DNA from: Tubulanus polymorphus
Taxonomy: Eukaryota; Animalia; Nemertea
Direction of reading: 5' to 3'
Assembly: GCF_964204645.1 (NCBI RefSeq)
Contig: NC_134028.1
Coordinates: 16,065,653-16,129,652 of the forward strand
DNA length: 64,000 nucleotides
This document shows positions 36,701 to 49,800 of the stretch, one piece after another; the stretch's first letter is position 1; every line of letters begins with the position of its first letter. The notes beneath the pieces were generated by a model, which did not search any database, was not told where the DNA came from, and was given only the letters and a program-made list of their open reading frames with translations. The position numbers were made by a program, and so were the translations under genes.

Positions 36701-39700
36701 CGCAAAAATCCCATCACTTTAGCAGCAGACATCACAGAAATGTTCTTGCAGATTGAAATAAACGAGGCTGACAGGAAGTTTCATCGTTTCTTATGGCACA
36801 ATCTCGATTTAACACGCCTACCTGATGTATATGAGTTCAGTCGTCTGGTATTTGGCAATGCCGCGTCGCCGTATTTAGCGCAGAAAATAATACGCACACA
36901 AGCGGAGAAATGCGCGGCAAACTATCCCAGGGGTTGTGATGCACTACTCAACTCAATGTACGTCGATGACCTACTTGATAGTTTGAATAGCTCAGAGCAA
37001 GCGATCAAAGTCCGAAAACAAATTACAACTGTTCAGCGGGGTTCACCGTTCGAAAATGGATATCCAATGACGTCAAAGTCCTCAGTGACATACCACAGAG
37101 CAACATACATCAACATTGACCATGGAAAACTGCCTACATTCAAAACACTCAGCGTGACTTGGGATGCAAAAAACGACCACAACACATTTATCGTGATACA
37201 ACCCGAGATAGAGAAATTCCCGAAAAGAAACGTCTTCAAAGTGGCAGCAAGTCTTTTTGATCCGTTAAAACTTTTAGCTCCATTCACTGTAACAGCTCGA
37301 GTTTTAATGCAGGAGTCCTGGGTGGAGGGGCTCGATTGGGATGAGCAGCTTCCAACTAAATTACAGAGGAAGTGGGTTGCATGGTTTTCAGATATAAATA
37401 AACTGAAAGAAATCAAGATCCCACGCTGCTTGCTGAAAACTCATGATAAAGTCTCGAGTATAAGTTTGCTGACTCATCAAAGGACGCATATGCTGCAGCC
37501 GTATATCAAGTAACAAGTTACAAAAATGGTGAAACTTCGTCAAAACTTGTCACTTCAAAAGTTAGAGTGGCCCCTCTGAAAAGCACGTCAATACCCAGGT
37601 TAGAATTATGCGCAGCAGTCTTGGGTGGTAAGTTAGCTGCGACTGTTTCACAAACCTTAAAGATTGAACAATCCGGACCAATAGCATGAACGTGCTATTT
37701 TGGATACGAGGTTGTTCTCAAATATACAAACTGTATCAACTGGTAGAAGCTTAGTACGTGTTCGGTTGGAAGTGGCTTGAGTCCGGTTTACCGCACTCAG
37801 GTAAGGAACAGTGACTCTCCTTCCTTCCACTAGTCTTGGGTTCACGGTTTAGGCAACCGGGAGTAACCCCTGTAGCCTCCCGTATGTATAGGTTACTACA
37901 TAGTGCTGGCCTGGCGACCAGGGCGAAGAAAGTTAATGGTTGCACTGGCCCGGCGACCAGGGTAAAGTTGTATGATGTATAATGGTTGTGCTAGCCCGGT
38001 GACCAGGGCGAAGTGGACCTTTACTTGAAATATATAATTAATAATTAATGGGATTCAGTATATTACGATAGGTGTAGCTTAAGTATATTTAGTTTAGGCG
38101 TTAAAAAGTCATTTTAGTTCCAAGATATATAATTTAGTAGTTTCTATTATGCTTAGCTTAAACTTCACTGTAATGTACTTGTTTACACTTTGTCTGATTT
38201 AGTGCTCGTAAATCATTGAAGTTCATGTAATTAACCTAGCTTTCATCTTGTTTACTATGCATCTCGTTGCAGATTTATTTCATAGTAAACAATTACTTGC
38301 GATAGACGCTAAAAATTGTAAGAAAATATAAAACTTGGAAACTATGGTAAGTTATGTAGATCAACAATGGCAGGGATTGATATGAAAAATCTTTAAAAAG
38401 ATAATATTATTAATAATATCACCAATAATCAGTATTGAATAATGATTATTGCTGGATATCTATACTATAAAGCAGAACGGACTGTATTTACCGCGGCACA
38501 TTATAGGGAAATTAATGCATGTATTTATACGTCCTTTTACTGATGCATAATACCAGTTTTTCTCGTCATCAAGTTACATGTTTCAAACAGATTGGTGGTC
38601 CGAGGGAGTCACAATATTCATTCTAAGCCTGGGCTAAAATTCACTTAAAAAAGATGTGTTCGCCATCTAACAGTTAAGTACCATACTATGCTTCTGTAGT
38701 AGTACTATAGTAATTTACTGACCTGACCGACTCAAGATACACAACGCAGCATCAGAACAGTGTCAGTACATGACACAGTTCTCTCAACACTGATTTGTGC
38801 CTCAGTTGTTTAAAACATTTGGTTAAGACATTCATTACACGTAATCTTTGGATCAAAATTAATATGATTGGACTTAGCGATATGTTCTGACTGTGTTGCC
38901 GGCCCATTCGCAGGGTCTCAGAATAGTTCTTGAAGGGGGGACAGGCCCATTGCGCACTTTCTGAATGGTTCCAAGGCCCAAACGCAGCCTCTCGGAATGG
39001 CTCTGGGGCTGCTGATGCGTGCGTTCATGGTAAATTTTATAAGAGAGCTTTCAAATACATGTAGTCCATACGGATTTTGGGGAAGGGTAAACAAATATAA
39101 AACTTTGTACGGGGAGTGGGTCAAAGCAAAATGTACGTACTATTCTGACAGGAGCTCTCTTAAGAAAATGTGTGTATATATGAGAGATATAAAAAAAAAT
39201 GATATCAAACAGTAATACAAAATACAGAATCCTAATATCTCAGCAATTTTCAATTTATAGTCCCTCAATTTAAGCATATTCATGCAATTCGTTGGTCGAA
39301 TGGAGGGGCTTTTCAAATGAACGTACGGGTGGTGTGGTCAATATAGAAAGTACAAAGATCTAACGAGGAGGGGCCTAAAAACTTCTGGGGCAGAATTTTC
39401 TGTTAGTTATTTGAATGATAGGGTTTGTACCACTGACAGGTCAGACGGGGTAGGGAAAGTGTGGGGTTGGTTCCAAGAACTCTAAACATGTGAAGCATTT
39501 AGATTTTTTTTCCTGGCCAATTAATGAATGATTTTGTAAGCAAACAATAACAGGATTCTGCATTTATGCGCCGTCCATTGGACGGGTATTCAGCTAGTTA
39601 AATATATATATATAATTGATATTTCCAGTTGTTATATATGGAGTTTCCCACTATCCAGAAAAGATGCTGTACAAACATCAGAAGTTTTAAGAAAATTTCT

Positions 39701-42700
39701 TTCAGGTACAGTGAAACCAGAAATAAATTGCCCATGGGCAAAGTGTGGTTTACCTTGAAAGCTAGAGGTTGTTTGGAGTAAGGGCATTGCTTGAAAAATC
39801 TTTTTAATTCGTGACTTCAAAGTTCTAGAAGTTTATATTGTATTTTATCTTTCTTAAAGAATTATTTTATAGTCAAATAAGACCATTTAAAGGTAAACCA
39901 GGTAAACATTTGTTTATGGTCTACGTCCAAAATTTCGTAGGGTACAGGTAGGCGCGGCATTGAAAACTATTTTATATTTTCAAAGAAATATAACATGAAA
40001 AAATATTCAAATAAAATTCATATGATGTCACATATCAGAGGTTGGCTGAATAGAGTCTTGGAAACGAAACCTTTTCCAATGTATGGCCGAGGAAGCTAAA
40101 CCGGGGCGTAGTATTAGATCGTTTTAAATCTTCGAATTTACCACTACAATATTCAGACCTCGGCCTATACCAGTTTGCTGCTTAGTATTTTCAGGTCACA
40201 AGAAATTACAATTTATTACAAATTCTATCAAACAGAAAACACAGCGCTCATCTGCTACGACGATTATTCAGCCTGTTATCATACCAAACGTACATGCGCC
40301 AAGCAGGTTTACAGCATCACCATGTAGAAGTCTGTATGAGCGTGTGTTTGTGTGCGCAATAGTCTAATGTTAGCACTCCCGCGCACGTGGAGGCCTTGTG
40401 TAGTGAACGTTCGCTTCACTTCAATGTCAATCAACACATTCACCAAGTATTAAAATGAAACAATACCTATGGCGATATGTGAAATGATTATATTCTCACC
40501 AGCAATGAGCATTTAAAATTCGCACATATACGGCACCAAGTCCAATGAAACTTTTGCCATTAATGGCTTTCCCATAATTATTTTAGTAGCGCCGGAATTC
40601 CCCGTATATCCAAAAAAAAGGTCCAATGACCCTGTGGCTCACCATTAGATCATTTAGTGCATATATTGTCAAAAATATTATACTAAATATAAATTAATTT
40701 GGATTGAAGATGTGAGGCTGAAAATATGCGCCTGCGGATGTGTTAGAGTTCTGTGTATATTGCAGAGTCACTGTGCTATATATAGACTCGCTCAGGTGAT
40801 TACTAACACACACAGCCATACTGTAACCCATATTCGCACACACGCGGCTGACTGCTGACGCGCTTATATACAAATATACTAGCAACGCAGTATTAGATTG
40901 GCCGTAATTTCACAAGTCAGAATACCTCCATCCTCAAAAATATACAAACATATACAGACTTTTTTTTCTAGAAATAAAAAAAATACTGGCTATGATTTTT
41001 TTCTTAAATGACTTGGAACACCCACTACGAACCCTGTCATTGGTATCGTCATACTTGCTAGTTCAGAATTGCAACTGAATTGAGTAGCGTACTCGCTTAT
41101 ATTCGTATCAACGAACAAATTATAAGCAAACGTACGATACCTAATCGAATAAAATGTTCGCCATTTTGTCTTGGGTTTCACATTAGGCTTTCCCAATGGG
41201 CTTTCCCAATTACATCAGAGGCGCCGAAATTCCCGGAATTTCCCGTATATCCCACAAACAGCCAATCACATTCATTGTAGCTCAGGTTACAAGGTCAACT
41301 CAAATAAATAGAAGCGAGGAAATTTAGGGGGTTTATAAAGTGAGGGCCAGTAGGTCGAAAAGTACATTGAGATCAGTAGAACTAAAAACGGCGACACTTC
41401 CAGGAAGGATTGAACTTTTATATATTTCAATTGCAAGCATGAAAATTGTCATATATAAAAACGTGCCATTACTTAGTGCTAAAAAGCAGGGTTTTTGCGT
41501 GTTTTTCAAGAATAAGTCCCCAAAAAATAACTCGATCACTATGAAATTTGTGTGGGCTCGAGAACTCATTAAGCCAAACCATGAAACCAAAAATCAACAC
41601 AATCGGTTCAACAGCCATTGTTTGTGCCTTTTTGACACACCGGTACTCTATTCATTTTCAATGAAAACTGCTTCATCAGACCGTTTGCATCTACGGTTCG
41701 CCAAACCGCCAATCACATTCGCTCGTAGAGACGACGCCTCCCAATCGAGGTCATTGCAATTTTATACGCAAGAGCTAAGAATTTTCCCGCCAAAAACAGT
41801 TTTTCGTCGAATTTAAACTAAGTTGACCATGTCATCGTCGGAGCTTCGTCATGTCTTCAATCGCATCGATTATTCGTCGTTTAACCCGAGAACCAATGAA
41901 AAAAAAATGCTCACATAAAAAAACGTACCGCGATTTTACATGAATTGGCTCAATGCCAACCTCATACTGGTGACAAAGGTAAAGCAAAAATACAATTTGA
42001 TGATGGAAAAGAATTTGATAATTCATTAGTTCATGGACTCTTAGATTATCATAATATTAAGTATTTTTCAACAAAATTGGATAAAAAAGCAGTTGTTGAA
42101 CGATTTAATAGAACATTAAGAACAAGAATGTGGAAATATATTACAGCAAATAATATCTGATGGATTAATATTTTACCAAAATTAATAGAAGGTTATAATA
42201 ATTCTTATCATTCATCTATTGGAATGAAACCTATTGATTCAAGAAAACCTGAAAATGCCGAAATTGTTTGGATAATTTATATGGAGCATTTCTTGTAGAT
42301 GATTTTGGTGAACCTAAATATAAAATTGGTCAAAATGTTAGAATTTCAAAATATAAAAAGATATTTGATAAATGATACAATTGTAATTTTACTAGAGAAA
42401 TATATAAAATAAAAAAAGTAATAACAACAAAACCATATGTCTATAAATTAGAAGATTTAGATGGCGAAGAAGTTGATGGGTATTTTTATGAAGACGAATT
42501 AAGTTCAAATACTGAAAAACTAGAACAAGCATATAAAATTGAAAAAGTTTCAAAAACAAAAACTGTTAAAAATATTCTTTAGCAAAATGGGTTGGATGGC
42601 CAGATAAATTTAATGAATGGATATTATCAAGTAAAATTTAAAAAATATACAAATGAATAAGGAGTTATTTATATTTGAACCTCATGATATGTTAATTTCA

Positions 42701-45700
42701 GGTGTAACAAATTGTGGATAAACTTATTTTATTTTGAATTTATTAGAAACTATTTATAACAAAGAAATTCTAAAAATGGGCTTGCTGACATGGTTGTACC
42801 GAAAGCTGGCTTGTTGGTTTTTTATTTCTGTAGTAGAATTAATCGAACTTTGAACTGATTACTCTTTAAAGAGCTAAGAGATCGATGTTGTCTTACATCG
42901 TTACATAAAATGTTACACACGGGGACTGGGAATCGGAATGGTTTTATTGAAGACGTGGACCAAGTGGAAGAGAAGCGAACACGAAAATAGATAGGAACCA
43001 CGATTTTTCTTTTTAAAATAATAAAGACATTAAGCAAGAATAAGTTGCATTTCCTTCAAATGACAATCCACTACGATCATCGGATAAAGTTTACTGCCAC
43101 CATAGACTACTGCCCCCTGGCTCTCTGACTGCTGCCACACACGATGCCACGCGGTCGGTCGTTTGTTTTTAATGTCTTGAGTAAATAAATAGGATGACTC
43201 CAACAATATCCAAATCACTAAAACATGTTCAAACTTAAATGCACTTGTCAATTAATAGTTGAGTCCCAAGAGGAGCCCCAATCTGTAATCTTCCTATCTA
43301 TCACTCAAGACAAGTGCACTGTGCCTGAATAAAAACAATTACTACTTTTATTGAGCACGTAGGATATGCTTTGTTGAATGAATTGAAGTGCGCGACTGCA
43401 GATTCTAAATAAAGATTTCCGGCGCAGCTCAATTACATGTATATATATCAATGATCTGTATAGTGGGTCTAGACAACAGCGACGTTTCGTGACAATGTTG
43501 TAAAAAAGATTTTAGAGATCGTAGCACTGGTTTTAAAAAGAAGCTTTTATGGTCTGTCCTTAAAGTGTGCTATAATCTAACTCTCAACTAAGACCCTAAA
43601 CCCCCCTTCCTTTGCTGAGTTTGTGGTTTTTAGAAATAAGTTAACTATTACTAATGTATAGTAACTTCATCTGTTTATTTGGATCACGCGAAACTGCAGA
43701 GCATATAATGCAACATATCAAGAATGGTTAATAGTTGAAGATAAATCAGAACAAAAGCTCATAGCCAAATACTTACGAGTTTCCTGAGGCATATCAGGCA
43801 TGGGTATCATGGATAGTTCAACATTTTCCGTAAATTTTATTTGATCTGTTAAGAAAAAAGTTGAAAATACATGTATTAAATTTTTGGCCTTAAGCCTAAT
43901 TATTATGAAGGATGGAACAGGTTTTAGAATTGAGACAAAAAATGCTTTTCATCAGAAACCCCCGAGTGTAAAAAACACCCCCTGCGTATGTAGACCTATT
44001 TATGAACGCAGGTAAGAAAAATACTAAACAGATTCCGGTGACCTTGACCTTTGACCTAAAGGACTCGAAATCTAATCAGGTTCTTAGCGTTATGCGCACT
44101 GGAGGGATAAAAATACATGTATATACATATGTGGCAGATGTGTCAGTGGTAGATGTTTGTTTAAGCCAAATATCATGGAAATCCAATGTTTGGTCAAAGC
44201 ATTTTCAACCCTACCCAAAATGACAGTGATTATTGGTTTATGTTTGATGCTGTATCCAACCACTCCAGTTTCAAACTGCATATCAGTGAATAGGCCTACC
44301 TCTTAAAAGCAGATGAATAACAGCCACAGCAAAAACTTCACGGATAAGACGAAAAACGGTTGTCCAACTTATACAAACTTTATTGAAAACGTTTTCAAAA
44401 ATATTGCAATATAAAATCTCTCAATTAAAAATAAACATTACATAAAGTCCTGATTATAATACATTATTTGTCATTACAAACACAGTTAATAATGTAACGA
44501 TATAAAATATTTCAGTAATTTTACTTAAGGACCTGTTTAAAAGTTTTAAATAAATTGCCCATGGGCAAAGTGTGGTTTACCTTGAAAGCTAGAGGTTGTT
44601 TGGAATAAGGGCATTGCTTGAAAAATCTTTTTTAATCCGTGACTTCAAAGTTCTATAAGTTTATATTGTATTTATCTTTCTCAAAGAATTATTTTGTAGT
44701 CAAATAAGACCAAAGATATACATTTGGTTACGGTCCACTTCCAAAATTTGTTGGGTACAGGTAGGCGCGGCAGGGAAACTATTATATTTTCAAAAAAAAT
44801 ATGTTTCACCATATGAAAAAAATATTCAAATAAGGCCATCCCAAAATAATTGTCAGTTTGCCGTAACACCGACTCAACTTTTCAGGATGAGTCGGTAGGT
44901 AGATAGAATTTTTTTTGCAAAATTTTTGGGCAAAAAAAAAAATTTATCACCTTTTTTACACGGAAACAATATCGCAAAAATCATCTGCGTTGTGCACTGA
45001 AAATTTGTCTAATAGCGTAAATTTCGAGAATTATTCTAAAATTATAACTTCATCCAGAGCTTCATCTCTGTGTTAAAAATAAAACAGTACATTGAATAGT
45101 GCGCGCTTTTACGTTACCAGCTTTAATATAGTCACTATAAGAATGAATGGCAGCTTATTGGAACACTGCCAGTTTCCTGGAAAACTTAAATTAGGCCACA
45201 TGTCAAGGCAGGTTTTCACACGATGCACACTTGAATTCAAACATACGTAGCTCATACGTGGGCAGTGGGTCGGTCGGTCGGCCATTTTTATCAAAGATAA
45301 AATTTATTTCAATGAATCCCAGAAAAAAAGTTTTCACTCGGTACCTTTGAAGTCGGGTCGGTCGGGTTACGGCAAACAGACCATTAATATGGGTTGGCCT
45401 AAAATTCACATGATGTCACATATCAGAGGGTGGCTGAATATTGGGTCTTGGAAACCTCTTCCAATGTTGGCCGCAGAAGTTAAAATACCAGTACAGAAGA
45501 AATCAGCTATTAGATCGTTTTGAATCCTGGAATTCACGACTACAATATTCAGACCTCGACCTATACTTGTAGTTTGCTGCTTAATATTTTCAGGTCGCAA
45601 GAAATTACAATTTATTACAAATTCTATCAAAAAAAAAATAAATTGCCCATGGGCAAAGTGTGGTTTACCTTGAAAGCTAGAGGTTGTTTGGAGTAAGGGC

Positions 45701-46814
45701 ATTGCTTGAAAAATCTTTTTAATTCGTGACTTCAAAGATCCACAGTTTATATTGTATTTTATCTTTCCTAAAGAATTATTTTGTAGTCAAATAAGACCAA
45801 AGATATACATTTGTTTGCGGTCCACGTCTAAAAGTTTGTAGGGTACAGGTAGGCACGGCAGGGAAACTATTTTATATTTTCAAAAAAATATGTTTAATAT
45901 GATATGAAAAAATATTCAAATAAGGCCATCCCAAAATGATTGTCTGTTTGCTGCAACACCGACTCAACTTTTCAGGATGAGTCGGTAGGTAGGTAGAATT
46001 TTTTTTTGCAAAATTTTTGGGCAAAAAAAAAACAAATTTTTCACCTTTGGGCTTTTTTACATGGAAACAATATCGCAAAAAATCATCTACGTTGTGCACA
46101 GGAAATTTGTCTAATAGCGTAGATTTCAAGAATTATTCTAAAATTATAACTTCGTCCAGAGCGTCATCTCTGTCTTAAAAATGAAACGGTACATTGAATA
46201 TGTGCGCGCTTTCACGTTACCAGCTATTCAGTCACTTTAGTCACTATTAGAATGAATGGCAGCTTATTGGAACACTGCCAGTTTCCTGGAAACTTAAACT
46301 AGGCCACATGTCAAGGCATGTTTTCACACCATGCACACTAGAATTCAAACATACGTAGCTCATAGTCGGTCGGCTGTTTTTATCAAAAATTAAATTTATT
46401 TCAATGAATCCTAGAAAAAAGTTTTCACTCGGTACCTCTGAAGTCAGGTTGGTCGGGTTACGGCAAACAGACCATTATTTTGGGATGGCCTAAAATTCAT
46501 CACATATCGGAGGGTGGCTGAATATTGGGTCTTGGAAACCTCTTCCAATGTTGGCCACGGAAGCTAAAATATCGGTGGTACAGAAGAAATCGGCTATTAG
46601 ATCGTTTTAAGTCCTGGAATTTACCACTACAATATTCAGACCTCGACAGACCTTTTAGTTTGCTGCTTAGTATTTTCAGGTCACAAGAAATTACAATTTA
46701 TTACAAATTCTATCGAACAGAAAACACAGCGCTCATCTTCTGCTATGATTATTCAGCCTATTTTCATATCAAACGTTCACGCGTTACAGCATCACCGTAG
46801 TGTACTGTACGAGC

Positions 46815-46858
<44 letters not shown>

Positions 46859-49800
46859 TGTAGCACTCCGCGTGCATGTGGAGGCCTCGTGTAAGTGAAT
46901 ATTCGCTTACACCTCAATGTCAATCAAAACAATCACCGGGTATTAAAATGAAACAATACCTATGGCAGATGAGTGAAATAATTACATCCTCACCAGCAAT
47001 GAGCATTTGAAATCGGCACGTATACGGCACCTAGTCCAATGAAACGTACACCATTCTATGGCTTTCCCATAATTTTAGTAGCGCCGGAATTCCCCGTATA
47101 TCCAAAAAACAATCCCATTTGTTCGTAGAGACAACGCCCCCCCAATCGAGGTCATTGCAATTTTATACGCGAGAGCTAAGAATTTTCCCGCCAAAAACAG
47201 TTTTTCGTAGAATTTTAACTCAGTTGACCATGTCATCGACGGAGGTTCGCCATGTCTTCAATCGCATCGATTATACGTCTTTTAAGCCGAGAACCAATGA
47301 AACAAATGCTCACATAAAAAAACGTACCGCGATTTTACATGAATTGGCTCAATGCCAACATCATATCGCTGACAAAGGTAAACCAAAAACACAGCGCTCA
47401 TCTTCTGCTACGATTATTCAGCCTATTTTCATGTCAAACGTGCACGCGTTACAGCATCACCTTTAGTAGTGTACAGTATAACCTTTCTATAGTGAACGCT
47501 TGGAGTTCCGAAGAAATTGTTCACTATACAGAGGTGTTCACTAAATAGAGGTAGCACATATTTGTGTCACGCCACCTACCAGCAGTTTGAATAACTACCT
47601 CCCAATATTAAGCATAAATCCAAAACAATAACAGCTGTCCATTCATAAGCATAGTAACCAATTAACCTAATTAGTACTGCCTAAAAACTATCAAAGATAA
47701 CTAGCAAATGAATGACCATGTGTTATGTACATATAGTATATGATAAACCCCTAGACGTATCGGCCCCACTCCGCGCGGTTGCGCCAAGCTTGGACATAAT
47801 TTTTAACTAACTTGTACAACAAATTCTATGGTCACACCAAAATAAACATTGAACCATGCTTTTATTTTCTGGATTTGAAGTGAAGATAGGTGGCTGAATG
47901 AAACATATGTGATTAGATCAAAATCGACCTGCTTCTCGATATTTTTGAAAATGCACAAGTTTGATTGCCAAGTTGTTGATGAACAGTGAGTCCATTGAGA
48001 CTTGAATTGTATTAACTTTTTAAAACTTTTTTTTAAATGTGCGGTCTGAGGGAAATTCAATGTCCGATCTATCACTACTGCACGTGCTCATACCACTAGG
48101 TTGTTTCAGATAGGAAATGCCTTTACGCCGGTGGAGTATCGATTTTGAAGCTATTCCGAGGAAAGCGGTGTTTGCTGTAGTATAGACGAATAGATACCAC
48201 TGTCTCGTGTAGATAGGGATTGTACGTATCATTCAACATCCATTTGACAAATCTGAAACAATAGAAATGTACCAATTTAGTTTCTGCCTAATCAAAACAC
48301 AAATGAAAAGTATTCAATAAACTGTCAGGGCTTGTCAAGTTAGAATATCTATTAGGCCAGCCATGGAAAACCCCATGATCTAGTTACCGTTGGCGTTGGT
48401 TGGGAAAAAATCTTTAGTCAAGACGTAACAAAATTTTTGGGCAGACGCTCCCACCCGGCCAAGCCATTTACATTCATCCCCCCCAAACCCATGCAAGTCC
48501 ATGACAACTGTCACAATAACTTGCCCCCGTCCCATATTGAAACAACAGAAATACTGGAAAAAACCCACCTAAGCAGGAATCCTGAAGCAGAGATTGGGAA
48601 CAATGAATCTGAAAAATTTTAAATATTTTACCCAAAGGCCCATACGTGGCTAAGAGCAGAACATCTCCCAGGCGAAATAAATTAAGTTGAAATTTGAATT
48701 TAATGGAAGGGCACACAAATGCGGTTGGAAGTAAATCACATGCAACTAAAAATTACCCTATTATATATACTTTGATATCGATGCAATGTAGCTCTGTTAA
48801 TCATTAGCCTAGGTAAATGACGGTTGGTCGCTACAAATCGACAGAAAACACCAGCACACCATAGTTGTCAGATTGTTTAAAATTTACTTTTCGTCGAATT
48901 TTGCATACTTAAGACATTGACGAAATAAATCACAAAGTCAGAATTCCATCAACATTGGACCAAGCATTGCCATACTTAACTGGATATTAGATAATTCTAC
49001 CATATTCAGCAAAAAAACATGAACTTCACTTACCCAAGACGTCAAAATGGAGTGTATCCCTTGTGCAATTTCTTATTCAGCTGAACTGGTTGTTTGGAGA
49101 ATACCCCAGCTGCTGAGGGTATTCTCTGGTATTCCCTCAACAACCAATCAGAGCGCAGCTTTCTCACAATGACATCACAAGTTGGTTACGCAGGCCGCGG
49201 CCTACCCTGTTAAAGAGCAGTCAATCGCTGAAAGAGCCCATGTGATCTACGCAGAATGACGTATTCATGTATTCGCAAAAAAAATACTGAACTTAGACTG
49301 CTAATTACTGTGTAACTGGAACGTTTCACAGTTTCAGGTTTTAAATGGCACTAATCGCATAACGAAAAAGTACAGTACAAAAGACGCGTTTACGTGCACG
49401 GCATTTTGTGACCAAGTTATTTCCGGAAAGGTTTCCAGACCATTATTAAGACTTCAAAAATAATTTATGAAGCGCAGGTATCCTAAATGAGTTCAGAAGC
49501 ACTCAAAATTTGTATCATTACCCCCAGCCTATAACTCTATTTCATGTATCTGTTATCTCTATAAAAAGAGGCTTGTGCCACATGGTTTTTTCTTTAAAGC
49601 GTCGTTTTTCAGTTGGCATGGTTATTCTGCTGTGTAAGGCCTATGCGGATATTTGATCGCAAGAAATTCGCTCTTAAACAGACCCGTGTTTTTTTGCAAC
49701 GTTTAAGGGAAAAGCTAGTACTAGTAGTACTAAGACTCCTGCCACATAGCTTGCATCTATTGTCATTCATTGTTTAAAGGAACGCCCCCTGGTGACCATA

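Larger units (their letters stand above)
39721..47385. repeat. Local segmental repeats: related units at 39721-40619, 44548-45635 and 45636-47110; also 41720-41985 matches 47118-47385
   Basis: All three units start AAATAAATTGCCCATGGGCAAAGTGTGGTTTACC; ORFs 39632..39820 and 45406..45735 share their N-terminus; the last two units are tandem with a 1088-bp period. Confidence 0.85.

Noticed and set aside
37903-38013. CRISPR-like repeat/spacer pattern
   Set aside because: Only three degenerate repeats, short uneven spacers, no cas genes, and a eukaryotic intron context.
41333-41816. 158-aa ORF 41340..41816 and most other short ORFs in the track
   Set aside because: No recognisable domain; they overlap repeats or are antisense shadows of TE and WBP11 frames.
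42150-42725. Alternative genetic code in the AT-rich integrase/ATPase fragment
   Set aside because: The in-frame stops are mixed (TGA and TAA), replace different expected residues and come with frameshifts, and TGG is used for Trp; this is ordinary decay.
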